Virus record (IMG/VR): IMGVR_UViG_3300010167_000010
Coordinates: 224,001-288,000 of that record
Strand: one strand, 5' to 3'
Length of the DNA: 64,000 bases
Source of the DNA: a virus
Lineage: Duplodnaviria > Caudoviricetes
Positions 8,124-17,960 of the stretch are shown here, in pieces (the first letter of the stretch is position 1; the number at the start of each line of letters is the position of its first letter). The notes below the pieces were generated by a model that was given only the letters and a program-made list of their open reading frames with translations, had not been told where the DNA came from and did not search any database. The translations under genes and the position numbers were made by a program.

Positions 8124-10272
8124 ATTACTTTCTCTAAATATAGAGAATTTTATGAACATAAAATCTGCCCAATTTGACTTTGATAAAAATATTATTATTT
8201 TAAGTGGTAAAAGTGGGCAAGGTAAATCAGCTGTATTTGACGCGATAGCTTTATGTATTTCTCAAAAGAAACGATCATCAACATATTCAGAATATGTAAA
8301 ACAAGGTTGTACCCATTCTAAAATTGTGCTTGATTGTATTATAAATAATGAATCAGTAAATTTTAATCTTCAAATAAATTTAATAAGAGGAACTCCTTAT
8401 CAAATGGAGTTAACTTATAAAGGAGAAAAATATCATAATACTGAAGCTGATGCAATATTAAAATCTTTTGATATAGAATATTATAGTGATATAATTTTTT
8501 CAATGCAATCAGACGATTATAGAGATATAACACAATTAAGTCCAACACAACGATCTCATTATTTACAACGATTATTAAATTTTGATTTTCAAAAACAGAA
8601 AGAAAAAATAAATAAAAGTTTAGAAGAGTTTAAAATTCAATTAACTAAAATTTCTACTGATATTTCTATTAAAGAACAATTTATAAAAAGAGAAAATGAA
8701 GAAAAAGAAGATTTGATAGAAATAATTTTAACAGATTCTGATATTAAAAAGTTACAAAATAGAATAATAGAAAAACAAGAAAAAATAAATTTATATCAAA
8801 AAAATCAAAACCAAGTTAATGAATTAAACAGTCAGAATAATAAAATATCTAATGAAATTTTACAATTAAATTTAAATAAAAATAAAATAAAGAATAAAAT
8901 AAATTTAATAAAAGAAAAAAAAGAACAATTTGAAGAAACAGAAAAAAAACTTATCAATACAAATAGTGAAATATTATCTTTAGAAACTAAAATTGAAGAT
9001 TTAATAAATCGTTTAGAAAAAAATGAATCGAGTGCATTTGAAGATAGGCAGGTCGAGTTTGAAGCAGCTAGACACATAACTTATTATAACAAACTTTTAA
9101 ACGAATACAAAAATTATGCTGTTTTAGAAGAACAAGATAAATGCCCAATGTGTGGTCAACAATTACAAGAACATTTACAAGAAGAATATAAAAGAATATT
9201 TTTAAATAAAGAAGATTATATTCACGGCTCAGGAAATGAAACTTTTACTGGTTCTACATTTAAAGAAAAAGTAGAAAGTATAACAGAATTATTACAAAAA
9301 TATACTACAGAAAAAGCTGAATATGAACTTAAAAAAGAATTACATCTTACACTAAATACTACACACGAAAAAGATAGAATAATTTCTGTTACTAAATTAG
9401 AAAAATTAAAAGAAGAAAAAATTATATTAGAAAAACAATTAAAAATTATAGAAGATAATTTTGATGATTCTTTAGATTTAGATTCAGAATTAAAAGTTAT
9501 AACTACTGAAATAAGTAATAAAAATAAAAAATTAGAAGAAATAGAAAAAGAAATAAATAATTTTAAAGTAGAAGATGTTACTCTTTTATCTAATGAAATA
9601 GTAAATGATACTAACATTATAAATAAATATTTTTCTGATCTTAAGATTAATGAGGATATTAAAAAACGAAATGATAAAAGATTAGAAAATATCAAATTAT
9701 TTGGAAGAGAGATAGAAAAGTTTAATTCTGAATCTAAAAATATAATTTCTGAACAAAATGTTTATGAGGATGCTCTTAATATATTAGAAAAAACTTTACC
9801 AAATTATATGGTAGTAAAGACATGCTCATCTTTACAAACAGAAATGAATACTTTTATTCAATCTATTTTTCCAAATTATGAAGTTCAATTAATCAATTCT
9901 AAAAAAGGATGCGAATTTTTTTATACTAAAGATAATACTATTGTAGAAAATACTAAGAAAAGAAATAATGCTTGGATAAATTCTAAAATGAGTTCAGGTT
10001 TTGAAAAAGCTCTTTTAACTACTTCGTTTAAAGTATCTCTTGCACAATTATATGGAATAAATATATTTATTGGGGATGAATTAGATGGAGCAGCTGATGA
10101 TGAATCTTCTGAAAAGTTTTTTGAAGAGCTTATAACTAATAATAATTTTGATCAATTATTTTTAATATCACATAAAAAGTTTATATGTCAACTTATTTCA
10201 GATAATGCTGAAAATAGTATTATATATACGGCTAATCAAGGAAAATTTACTATTACAGAAAATATTGATTAG
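8116..10272 (+). CDS. SbcC/Rad50/gp46-like recombination ATPase
   Basis: Walker A SGKSGQGKS, long coiled coils, Zn hook CPMCG, signature MSSGFEK, Walker B IFIGDELDG, ISH. Confidence 0.92.
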   Translation: MIKLLSLNIENFMNIKSAQFDFDKNIIILSGKSGQGKSAVFDAIALCISQKKRSSTYSEYVKQGCTHSKIVLDCIINNESVNFNLQINLIRGTPYQMELTYKGEKYHNTEADAILKSFDIEYYSDIIFSMQSDDYRDITQLSPTQRSHYLQRLLNFDFQKQKEKINKSLEEFKIQLTKISTDISIKEQFIKRENEEKEDLIEIILTDSDIKKLQNRIIEKQEKINLYQKNQNQVNELNSQNNKISNEILQLNLNKNKIKNKINLIKEKKEQFEETEKKLINTNSEILSLETKIEDLINRLEKNESSAFEDRQVEFEAARHITYYNKLLNEYKNYAVLEEQDKCPMCGQQLQEHLQEEYKRIFLNKEDYIHGSGNETFTGSTFKEKVESITELLQKYTTEKAEYELKKELHLTLNTTHEKDRIISVTKLEKLKEEKIILEKQLKIIEDNFDDSLDLDSELKVITTEISNKNKKLEEIEKEINNFKVEDVTLLSNEIVNDTNIINKYFSDLKINEDIKKRNDKRLENIKLFGREIEKFNSESKNIISEQNVYEDALNILEKTLPNYMVVKTCSSLQTEMNTFIQSIFPNYEVQLINSKKGCEFFYTKDNTIVENTKKRNNAWINSKMSSGFEKALLTTSFKVSLAQLYGINIFIGDELDGAADDESSEKFFEELITNNNFDQLFLISHKKFICQLISDNAENSIIYTANQGKFTITENID

Positions 10273-10298
10273 TTAATGTAATAATATAGGAGTTTATA

Positions 10299-11279
10299 AT
10301 GATTATTACTAGAGCACCCTTCAGAATTTCTTTTTGTGGTGGTGGTTCTGATATACCTTATTTTTATAAAGAACATGGACCTGGTGCTGTTGTTTCAACA
10401 TCCATAAATAAATATATGTATTGTTCAGCACACCCATTATTTTTTAATGATGGATATCTTCTAAAATATAGCGAAATAGAAAATTGTTCTGATGTAAATA
10501 AAATAAATCATAAAATTATTAAAGAAGTATTTAAAGATTTTGGAATTAAAGGGATAGATTTTAATTCTTCAGCTGACATTCCAGCAGGTACTGGATTATC
10601 TTCTTCCTCTGCATTTACTTGTGCTATTATTCAATTATGTTCTGCATTGACAGAAAGATATTTGAAAAAAGAAGAAATTGCTGAAATGGCTTTTAATATT
10701 GAAGCTAATAAATTAGGTGCACCAATTGGTAAACAAGATCAATATGCTTCAGCTTTTGGTGGTTTAAATTATATAGAGTTTGGAAGAAACGGTCACGTTA
10801 TTGTAGAAAAGTTATTTATTTCAAAATTTGGTTTAGAACGATTACAAAACAATTTAAAATTATTTTATGTTGGAATGCCAAGAGATACGAATAAAGTTTT
10901 GTCTAAACAAAAAGATGAAGTTAAAAAAGACATAAATAAAATTAAACAACTTCGAGATATGGTAATATTAGCAAAAGAATTAAAAGACGAATTATTACAA
11001 AATAATATTGATGCTATGGGTGATTATCTTCATAGAAATTGGTTATTAAAACAACAATTAAACGGAGATTCTAAAAACGATTTAATAAATGAAATATATT
11101 TAGAAGGATTAAATGCAGGTGCATCTGGTGGTAAATTACTAGGTGCCGGTGGAGGTGGATTCATGTTATTTTATATAAAAGAACAATATCATAAATCTGT
11201 AAAAACTAAATTACAAAAATATTCAGAATTAGAATTTAAATTTGATTTTAAAGGTACTCAAACTATATTTTATGATTAA
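10299..11279 (+). CDS. GHMP-family sugar kinase, HddA-like (D-glycero-D-manno-heptose-7-phosphate kinase family)
   Basis: RAPFRISFCGGGSD, IPAGTGLSSSSA, IGKQDQYASAFGG, GGKLLGAGGGGF; AGGAG SD. Confidence 0.88.
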   Translation: MIITRAPFRISFCGGGSDIPYFYKEHGPGAVVSTSINKYMYCSAHPLFFNDGYLLKYSEIENCSDVNKINHKIIKEVFKDFGIKGIDFNSSADIPAGTGLSSSSAFTCAIIQLCSALTERYLKKEEIAEMAFNIEANKLGAPIGKQDQYASAFGGLNYIEFGRNGHVIVEKLFISKFGLERLQNNLKLFYVGMPRDTNKVLSKQKDEVKKDINKIKQLRDMVILAKELKDELLQNNIDAMGDYLHRNWLLKQQLNGDSKNDLINEIYLEGLNAGASGGKLLGAGGGGFMLFYIKEQYHKSVKTKLQKYSELEFKFDFKGTQTIFYD

Positions 11280-11970
11280 ATCTATTCCTAAAATAATCCA
11301 TTATATTTGGATGGGTGATCAATCTAAATTAGAAAAATATTCTCAAAATATTGAAACTTGGAAAATCAAAAATCCAGATTATAATTTAATTTTATGGGAC
11401 GAAACACAGTTTTTAAAATATGACAATGCTAAGTTTTATATAGACAGAGGTTATTTTTCACAAGCTTCAGATTTAATGAGATTTAGCATATTAAAAGATC
11501 ACGGCGGTTGGTATTTAGATACAGATGTTATTTGTCATAAATCTTTAAACGATTTTTTAAATAAAGAATTTGTTATAGGTTATTCAGCTTTTAATTTTAT
11601 AAATTTTACTATAATTGGTGCAGTTCCAAATAATGAATATATAACTGAATTATTTAATTGTTTTAATAAATATACTATCCCTACTGAAAGATTAGAAATA
11701 GAATTAAATTATAAAAATAAAAAATACATAATACCAAATTCGAGTGATTTTATTGGGACTAAGTTTTTAGAAATATATGATCCCAATTTTAAAGCTTACC
11801 CAGAAGATTATTTTTTAAATAATGACGGAAATAAACAAATAACACATAATACGTATTGTGAGCATATATTAGAAAAAATAGAAATATTTGATAAAATAGA
11901 TATTTCTCAATTACAAAAATCTAATATGACTTTAAGAGACATCAAAGAATATTATATGAAAATGGGTTGA
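11272..11970 (+). CDS. Glycosyltransferase, GT32/DxD sugar-binding family
   Basis: IPKIIHYIWMG, SDLMRFSIL..GGWYLDTD. Start likely ATG 11272. Confidence 0.85.
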   Translation: MIKSIPKIIHYIWMGDQSKLEKYSQNIETWKIKNPDYNLILWDETQFLKYDNAKFYIDRGYFSQASDLMRFSILKDHGGWYLDTDVICHKSLNDFLNKEFVIGYSAFNFINFTIIGAVPNNEYITELFNCFNKYTIPTERLEIELNYKNKKYIIPNSSDFIGTKFLEIYDPNFKAYPEDYFLNNDGNKQITHNTYCEHILEKIEIFDKIDISQLQKSNMTLRDIKEYYMKMG

Positions 11971-12003
11971 AATAATCTTATATAATATTATAGGAGAAAT
12001 GTT

Positions 12004-12582
12004 ATGAAAAAGTATTTTATTTTCTTAATTTTAATTGTTGTCGCATATTTTTGTTTTCTTTTCTATTCTACAAATAATAAACAAGAACAAATTATTATAT
12101 CACATAATGTAATTGAACGTTCATTTCCAGTTTTTAGAATGGCTTCATATCAAATTAATTATACTGGAAGAATCTATGTAAATGGAACAGATAGAATTGT
12201 ATTCAATATTCCAACCGGTGGGTATACAGTTCGTATAGATTATGATGCAGAAATTTTAATTGGAACTAAAACACATCCTCGTGTCAACATGAGAGATAAT
12301 ATAATAGAATTAGATTTTACAGATGTAAGATTAGAAGTATTAGCTGTTACCCCGACTAGAATGGAATTAGTAAATAGTGGAGTATCTGGGTGGAGATGGG
12401 TAAGAGGCGGCGGTATACCAATTCAAGCTGGATTATTCGACCCTTTTATTGAAACTATAAATAATGCCCCTGAAGTTTTAAATTATAATGAAGAAATACA
12501 ACAACGAGCTTTAGAAAGTTTAATTCAATCTTTTTTAGATTTTTATTCAATATTTAATTTTGAGGTAGAAATTGTCAATTAA
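12004..12582 (+). CDS. Membrane-anchored exported protein (DUF4230-like)
   Basis: N-terminal hydrophobic anchor; pattern IDYDAEILIG..A.ESL..F...F.FEVEI; AGGAG SD. Confidence 0.6.
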   Translation: MKKYFIFLILIVVAYFCFLFYSTNNKQEQIIISHNVIERSFPVFRMASYQINYTGRIYVNGTDRIVFNIPTGGYTVRIDYDAEILIGTKTHPRVNMRDNIIELDFTDVRLEVLAVTPTRMELVNSGVSGWRWVRGGGIPIQAGLFDPFIETINNAPEVLNYNEEIQQRALESLIQSFLDFYSIFNFEVEIVN

Positions 12583-12907
12583 ATTAGGAGATAAATTTTA
12601 TAAATTCGAATTATTAGATAAAAAAGATAATTATGATTTTAAATTATATTTTGTAACTTATATTGTAACCCATAAAGATAATGTTAGATGCACATTACAA
12701 AATTCTGTTACATTAAAACATCGAATAAGTTTATTAGATATAGATAAAATAAAAGAAGAATATGGGACAAATATGGAAGAAGCTTTTCGGCTCTTTGAAG
12801 AAGAATGTGATTGGAGAATTAAAGACTATTATGATAAAATCAACGAATATAAAGATAAGCTTTATGAAGCTTTAGAAATTACTTTAAAAAGTGTTAATTT
12901 AAAATAA
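12572..12907 (+). CDS. Hypothetical protein
   Basis: 111-aa ORF, GAGG upstream of TTG. Confidence 0.65.
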   Translation: MSIKLGDKFYKFELLDKKDNYDFKLYFVTYIVTHKDNVRCTLQNSVTLKHRISLLDIDKIKEEYGTNMEEAFRLFEEECDWRIKDYYDKINEYKDKLYEALEITLKSVNLK

Positions 12908-14239
12908 ATGAATAACAATATACAACTTCCAAACGAATTTTCTTGGATAGATTTATCAAATAAAGCCTTTACTGATGCTTTAGATTTATGTCTTAATTCT
13001 CAACGAAATCTTTTTATTCAAGGAAAAGCTGGAGTAGGAAAATCGCAACTTATTAAAATAATAGCATCAATGTGTAAAAATGTAGTAGTATTAAGTACTA
13101 CCGGTACAACTGCAATAGAATTATGTTCAGATCAAATAGCAGCAAAAACTATTCACTCATTTTTATCTATTCCCCCGAGACCAATATTTGAGCATTCTGA
13201 TCTTCAATTTATTAGTAATAAACATCGTCAAATATTAAATAAAGCTGAAATAATAATTATAGATGAAGTATCAATGATGAGTAATAATCTTTTCGATTTT
13301 TTATGTAAAAAAATATTATATAAAAGATACGATAAACAAATACCTAGGATGATTTTATTTGGTGATGTAATGCAATTACCACCAGTCATAGAAAACAATC
13401 AAATAATTGTAGATTTTTATAAAAATAATTATAATGGAAAAATTATGTTTTTTAATAGTGATTCTTTTAAAGATTTAAACTTTAAAACTGTTATGTTAAG
13501 AAAATCTTTCCGACAAAAAGATGAAGAATTTGCTGAACGGCTATTAGAAGTTGGGTTTAGAGATCATACCCAAGAAACTCTCGAATATTTTAATCAAAAA
13601 GTAATGTCTTTAAATCAATATGAAAAAAATATTAAACAGTATATGTATATGGCTCCAGCTAATAGAATTGTAGATAAAATGAATGAAGATTATATTAGGC
13701 AATTAAAGGGAAAAAGTCAAAAATATAAAGCTGAAATGTCTAAAACTTATCCAAAAGAAAAAGCTGCCAATAATGACAATGTAGAAATAAAAGTTGGCTC
13801 ACAAGTAATGTGTGTAACGAATTCTTTAGATACAAAAAATTCTGAATTAAATTATACTAATGGGATGATTGGAGAAGTTCTTGATTTAGATCTAACAAGT
13901 GTAACTATACAATTAGCAGATGGTACAACTAGAAATATTGGACGAACTACAATATATCATTATGATTTACAATTAGATTCCGCAGGTAATATAGAATATG
14001 TTCCAACTGGATGGTATAAACAAATAGATTGTAAAATAGCTAGAGGAATTACTATTCATAAAAGTCAAGGAAAAACATTAGATAACGCCTATATATCTTT
14101 ACAAAATTGGACACCTCCAGGTTTAGTATACGTTGGTCTTTCAAGACTTAGAACTTTTAATGGATTGGGTTTATCGAGACCACTAAAAGAAAGTGATATA
14201 ATAGTTAATCAAGAGTCGTACGATTTCTTAACAAATTAA
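12908..14239 (+). CDS. PIF1/RecD-like SF1B DNA helicase
   Basis: QGKAGVGKS, TIHSF, IIIDEVSM, FGDVMQLPPV, SFRQKD, TIHKSQGKTL, YVGLSR. Confidence 0.93.
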   Translation: MNNNIQLPNEFSWIDLSNKAFTDALDLCLNSQRNLFIQGKAGVGKSQLIKIIASMCKNVVVLSTTGTTAIELCSDQIAAKTIHSFLSIPPRPIFEHSDLQFISNKHRQILNKAEIIIIDEVSMMSNNLFDFLCKKILYKRYDKQIPRMILFGDVMQLPPVIENNQIIVDFYKNNYNGKIMFFNSDSFKDLNFKTVMLRKSFRQKDEEFAERLLEVGFRDHTQETLEYFNQKVMSLNQYEKNIKQYMYMAPANRIVDKMNEDYIRQLKGKSQKYKAEMSKTYPKEKAANNDNVEIKVGSQVMCVTNSLDTKNSELNYTNGMIGEVLDLDLTSVTIQLADGTTRNIGRTTIYHYDLQLDSAGNIEYVPTGWYKQIDCKIARGITIHKSQGKTLDNAYISLQNWTPPGLVYVGLSRLRTFNGLGLSRPLKESDIIVNQESYDFLTN

Positions 14240-14249
14240 AGGATAAATT

Positions 14250-14675
14250 ATGGGAATAGAAGAAGACTTTGTTGAAGATAAATCAATACCAGTTTTTTCT
14301 GGTTATGCAATTAGAGTACGATTACCTGATCAACCAAGTTTAAGTCCTCAGGGAAAACATATTGTAATTCAAGGTGAACCACAATATGATGCTTGTTTTA
14401 CTATTACATTTCCAGAATGGGCTCACAAAATTTATATGGGTAAAAATCAAGAATTAGAAGTTTTAGGTGCTGATTTAGAAAAAGATATGATAGTATTATT
14501 TAATAATTATCATGCTAAAATTTGGGAAATAAATAAAGAACAATTATATCATGGAATGATGACTCAACAAATAGAAATAGGTTATCCTACTTCTGAAAAA
14601 ATACCTCGATATAAATTTACTAAAAAATATTTAGATAATAATATTGAATGGAGTTATGAAGTAATTTCAAAATAG
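14250..14675 (+). CDS. Hypothetical protein
   Basis: 141-aa ORF with AAGGA SD. Confidence 0.7.
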   Translation: MGIEEDFVEDKSIPVFSGYAIRVRLPDQPSLSPQGKHIVIQGEPQYDACFTITFPEWAHKIYMGKNQELEVLGADLEKDMIVLFNNYHAKIWEINKEQLYHGMMTQQIEIGYPTSEKIPRYKFTKKYLDNNIEWSYEVISK

Positions 14676-14685
14676 AATTACTTCA

Positions 14686-14697
14686 CTAAATAATATG
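14686..14697 (+). promoter_or_regulatory. Representative of late-type motif A (CTAAnTAw(n)-ATG)
   Basis: CTAAATAATATG; 16 similar copies directly at start codons across the window (see findings). Confidence 0.7.
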
Positions 14698-17025
14698 AAA
14701 ATTTCTATTATAACTCCAGTTAAAGACATAAAAAAATCTTTTTTAGAAGGTGCTATTCATTCTGTATTAAATCAATCATTTGAAGATTATGAATTACTTA
14801 TTATTTATGATAAAAATGATAATAAATCTAAAGAAGACTTAGAAGAATATAAAAAATTTAAAAAAATTAAAATTTTAGAGTCTCCTGGTAACGAATTAAC
14901 TACTGCATTAAATTTTGGTATAGAAAATGCTGAAGGTGATTTAATTGCTCGTTTTGATGCAGATGATATAATGTTATCTGAAAGACTATTATTACAACAT
15001 AATTTATTTGAACAAAATCCGCAGCTTAATTTATGTGCTGGAGATGCAGCAATTATTGATGATACTTCTAATTTAACTGGCTCTGGATTATTATCTACAC
15101 CTAATTTAGAAAGATTATATGAAAGATGTTGTATAGTTCATCCAACTGTAATGTGGAGAAAAAAATATTTTAATGATAATAATCTAAAATATAGAAAAGA
15201 ATATGAACATGCAGAAGATTATGATTTATGGTTCCAATATATTAAAACTTCTAACCCAACTTATATAGCTATAAATAAACCTTTAATTCATTATAGATTA
15301 AGAAGTAATAATTCTACAGCTAAAAATTTTCAAAAAGGAAAAGAATGTAGTAGAAAAATTTTAAAAGATAATAATGTAACTCCTTATGTATCTGTTATAT
15401 TTATTGGTGAAGAAAGTAACAAGCAAGCCAGTATTGATTCTTTAGAAAATGGAAATTATTTTAATTATGAAATAGTAAAAACTATGAATGAAGCAAAAGG
15501 AAAATATATTTCATTTTTAAAATATAAAAATGCTATAAATAGATTAGATAGACAAATTCAAATATTGGAAAGAGATAAAAAATTAGTTGGTGTAGGTTCT
15601 TTTATAAAAACGGAAAAAGGTACATTTTTTTATACTTCAGAACCACATGTTATAGAATCTGAATTATTAAAAGGTCATATTGTAATAGAACCAGGAACTT
15701 TTACTTTTAGGAATGTATTAAATCTTCATGGTGGATTTTCTGATGATAATATATTCAGCTTTTATTGTAGTTTATTAGAATTTGGAAAATTAGGAAATTG
15801 TCCAGAATTATTAGTAGAAGAAAAAAATTATAAACCAATACCAAATGATAATTTAGTAGAAAGAATTAAATTTGCTAAAAGTAAATATAAAGATATAATA
15901 AATATTGTTCATCTTAATATAACGTCTGAAGGAAATATTTCTGGTGTTGATAGATATATTAAAACTTTAGAAGATAATTATCCAAACTATGTTAGATCTT
16001 CTCGAATTACATTTGTTTCATCTAATAAGATTGAATGGAAATTAAACCCATACCATACTTTAATTTATTATAATCCAGATAAAACTAAATTAGAAAACTT
16101 ATACGATCAATTTTGGGATAATCTTGCCGACTTATTTACTAATAGACATAACTTAATTATTCAATCTAATTGTTTAAATCTTTATTCTTTAATAACTTAT
16201 ATTAAAAGAAAAATTAGATGTGTGCATTTATGCGCAATGCATTGTGTTCCTTTTAGGGAAGTTATTAGATTTGATAGAAAAAAATATGAAGAATTAAATA
16301 TTTTATATGAAGATATTAGTAAAGATTTTATAGAAACTCCAGAACATATTGCAGCCTTATCATTAGCAGATCATGTTATTTTAAATACTAAAGATTCAGA
16401 ACAATATTTTAATAGGGTAGGATTTTTAACTCCTTATACTGTTATCCATAATGGGATAGAAAAAATAGAACGTAAACAACATAATTCTGAATTTAAATTT
16501 ATATTTGTTGGTCATGGTTCGCCCCTTAAAGGACTTGACCAATTATTACCAATTATAGAAGAAGTATCTCAAACACATAAATTTAAAGTAATTTGGGTTG
16601 GTAGTCCGGACCAAAAATTATTAGAAATAATTAAAAAGAAAAACTTGCCAATAGAAGTTAAAGGAGTTATTTCACCAGAAGAATTAAATAAATTGTATTC
16701 TGAAGTAGATTGTTCTTTAATAGCTTCAGCTTGTGAAACATGTTCTTATGCAGCAATAGAAGCATTAAGTGCTGAATTACCAATTATATCTACAAAATCC
16801 CCAGGGCTTACAGAAATAGTAGAAAATGTTGGTCTTTTAATTGATATAGATAAATCTGGAATATTAAATAAAGATCAATATAAAAAAGCTATGATTAGTG
16901 TTTTAGAAAATGAGCAATTAAGATTAGATATGTCAGCAGCATCGCTTAAAAAGTATCAACAGTATTCAGTTAGAAATTTAATCAATAATTCAGTTAAGCT
17001 TTATGAAGAATTATTAGGAAAATAA
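14695..17025 (+). CDS. Multidomain glycosyltransferase (N-terminal GT2, degenerate middle GT2-like region, C-terminal GT4/GT-B)
   Basis: ISIITPV..SVLNQSFEDYELLII, ARFDADD, HPTVMWR, AEDYDLW; later SGVDRY, IHNGI, FVGH..KGLD, ETCSYAAIEALS. Confidence 0.88.
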   Translation: MKISIITPVKDIKKSFLEGAIHSVLNQSFEDYELLIIYDKNDNKSKEDLEEYKKFKKIKILESPGNELTTALNFGIENAEGDLIARFDADDIMLSERLLLQHNLFEQNPQLNLCAGDAAIIDDTSNLTGSGLLSTPNLERLYERCCIVHPTVMWRKKYFNDNNLKYRKEYEHAEDYDLWFQYIKTSNPTYIAINKPLIHYRLRSNNSTAKNFQKGKECSRKILKDNNVTPYVSVIFIGEESNKQASIDSLENGNYFNYEIVKTMNEAKGKYISFLKYKNAINRLDRQIQILERDKKLVGVGSFIKTEKGTFFYTSEPHVIESELLKGHIVIEPGTFTFRNVLNLHGGFSDDNIFSFYCSLLEFGKLGNCPELLVEEKNYKPIPNDNLVERIKFAKSKYKDIINIVHLNITSEGNISGVDRYIKTLEDNYPNYVRSSRITFVSSNKIEWKLNPYHTLIYYNPDKTKLENLYDQFWDNLADLFTNRHNLIIQSNCLNLYSLITYIKRKIRCVHLCAMHCVPFREVIRFDRKKYEELNILYEDISKDFIETPEHIAALSLADHVILNTKDSEQYFNRVGFLTPYTVIHNGIEKIERKQHNSEFKFIFVGHGSPLKGLDQLLPIIEEVSQTHKFKVIWVGSPDQKLLEIIKKKNLPIEVKGVISPEELNKLYSEVDCSLIASACETCSYAAIEALSAELPIISTKSPGLTEIVENVGLLIDIDKSGILNKDQYKKAMISVLENEQLRLDMSAASLKKYQQYSVRNLINNSVKLYEELLGK

Positions 17026-17026
17026 T

Positions 17027-17377
17027 ATGGATTTAAATGACTTCAAAGAAGATTTAGGAATAGAATTAAATAAAGAAACTAAAATACGATCAGAAAAACG
17101 ATATACTGTTGTAGTAGAACTGGTTCATAAAAATAAAAGATATGCTTTCAATTCTGGAACACCAATAATAGATCCAGAAAAAGCAAAAGAAAGTGTATTA
17201 TCTAAAATAAATTTTAATATTACTGATGATGATGATTTGATAACTTTTAGATGTATTGAAATTATTTATGCTACTGTACCAATTGAAACTGTGCTTACTG
17301 GTACAAAATATGAGATGCAGGCAATTGCATCTAAATGGTTATCTCCTGAAGAATTAAAAAGTTTAATTAAAAGCTAA
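17027..17377 (+). CDS. Hypothetical protein
   Basis: 116-aa ORF with AGGA SD. Confidence 0.7.
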   Translation: MDLNDFKEDLGIELNKETKIRSEKRYTVVVELVHKNKRYAFNSGTPIIDPEKAKESVLSKINFNITDDDDLITFRCIEIIYATVPIETVLTGTKYEMQAIASKWLSPEELKSLIKS

Positions 17378-17388
17378 ACTAAATATAC

Positions 17389-17925
17389 ATGAGGCTACAA
17401 GAACTTCACCCACAAGGTAGAAATAAAGAATTCGCTAAAATATGGAGTCAATTAGTTTATGACGAATATGTACCAAATAGAAAAGGTTCTAATGCTCCTT
17501 ATCATACTCATCCACAGACAGTAGAACAGATAGTAGATGCTTATGGAGGTTCTAATGAAGAATCTATTGCAGCGCATTGTCATGATATCGTTGAAGATAC
17601 GCCTATTAGTGTTAGTAAAATTAAAGATTTATATGGAGAAGATGTTGCAGAAATAGTTGCAGAACTTACTAATTCTAAAGATTTAGACGGTATGAAAAAA
17701 GAAGATTACATGAATAAGAAATTAATATACTTATCACCAGAAGCTCTAACAGTTAAAATAGCTGATATGCTTCATAATCTTCTTGATAAACCTAGAAAAG
17801 AACAAGTTGAAAGAATGAATAATAATATTCAATTTTTAAAACGTAATAGAAAAATTACTAAAGAAATACACCAAGACCTTGTAGATGCATTTGAATCTGG
17901 ATACGAATTGTTTAAAGCTAAGTAA
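17389..17925 (+). CDS. HD-domain (p)ppGpp hydrolase-like protein (Mesh1/SAH family)
   Basis: RKGSNAPYHTHP, AAHCHDIVEDT, VAELTN, VKIADMLHNL. Confidence 0.85.
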   Translation: MRLQELHPQGRNKEFAKIWSQLVYDEYVPNRKGSNAPYHTHPQTVEQIVDAYGGSNEESIAAHCHDIVEDTPISVSKIKDLYGEDVAEIVAELTNSKDLDGMKKEDYMNKKLIYLSPEALTVKIADMLHNLLDKPRKEQVERMNNNIQFLKRNRKITKEIHQDLVDAFESGYELFKAK

Positions 17926-17960
17926 GTTAATATAAATTAAAATGATTATGGAGATTATAT

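Noticed and set aside
8363-9695. Minus-strand ORFs 8363..8548, 8832..9077, 9222..9695
   Set aside because: Antisense shadows of the SbcC coiled coil; F/S/L-rich, no SD or promoter motif.
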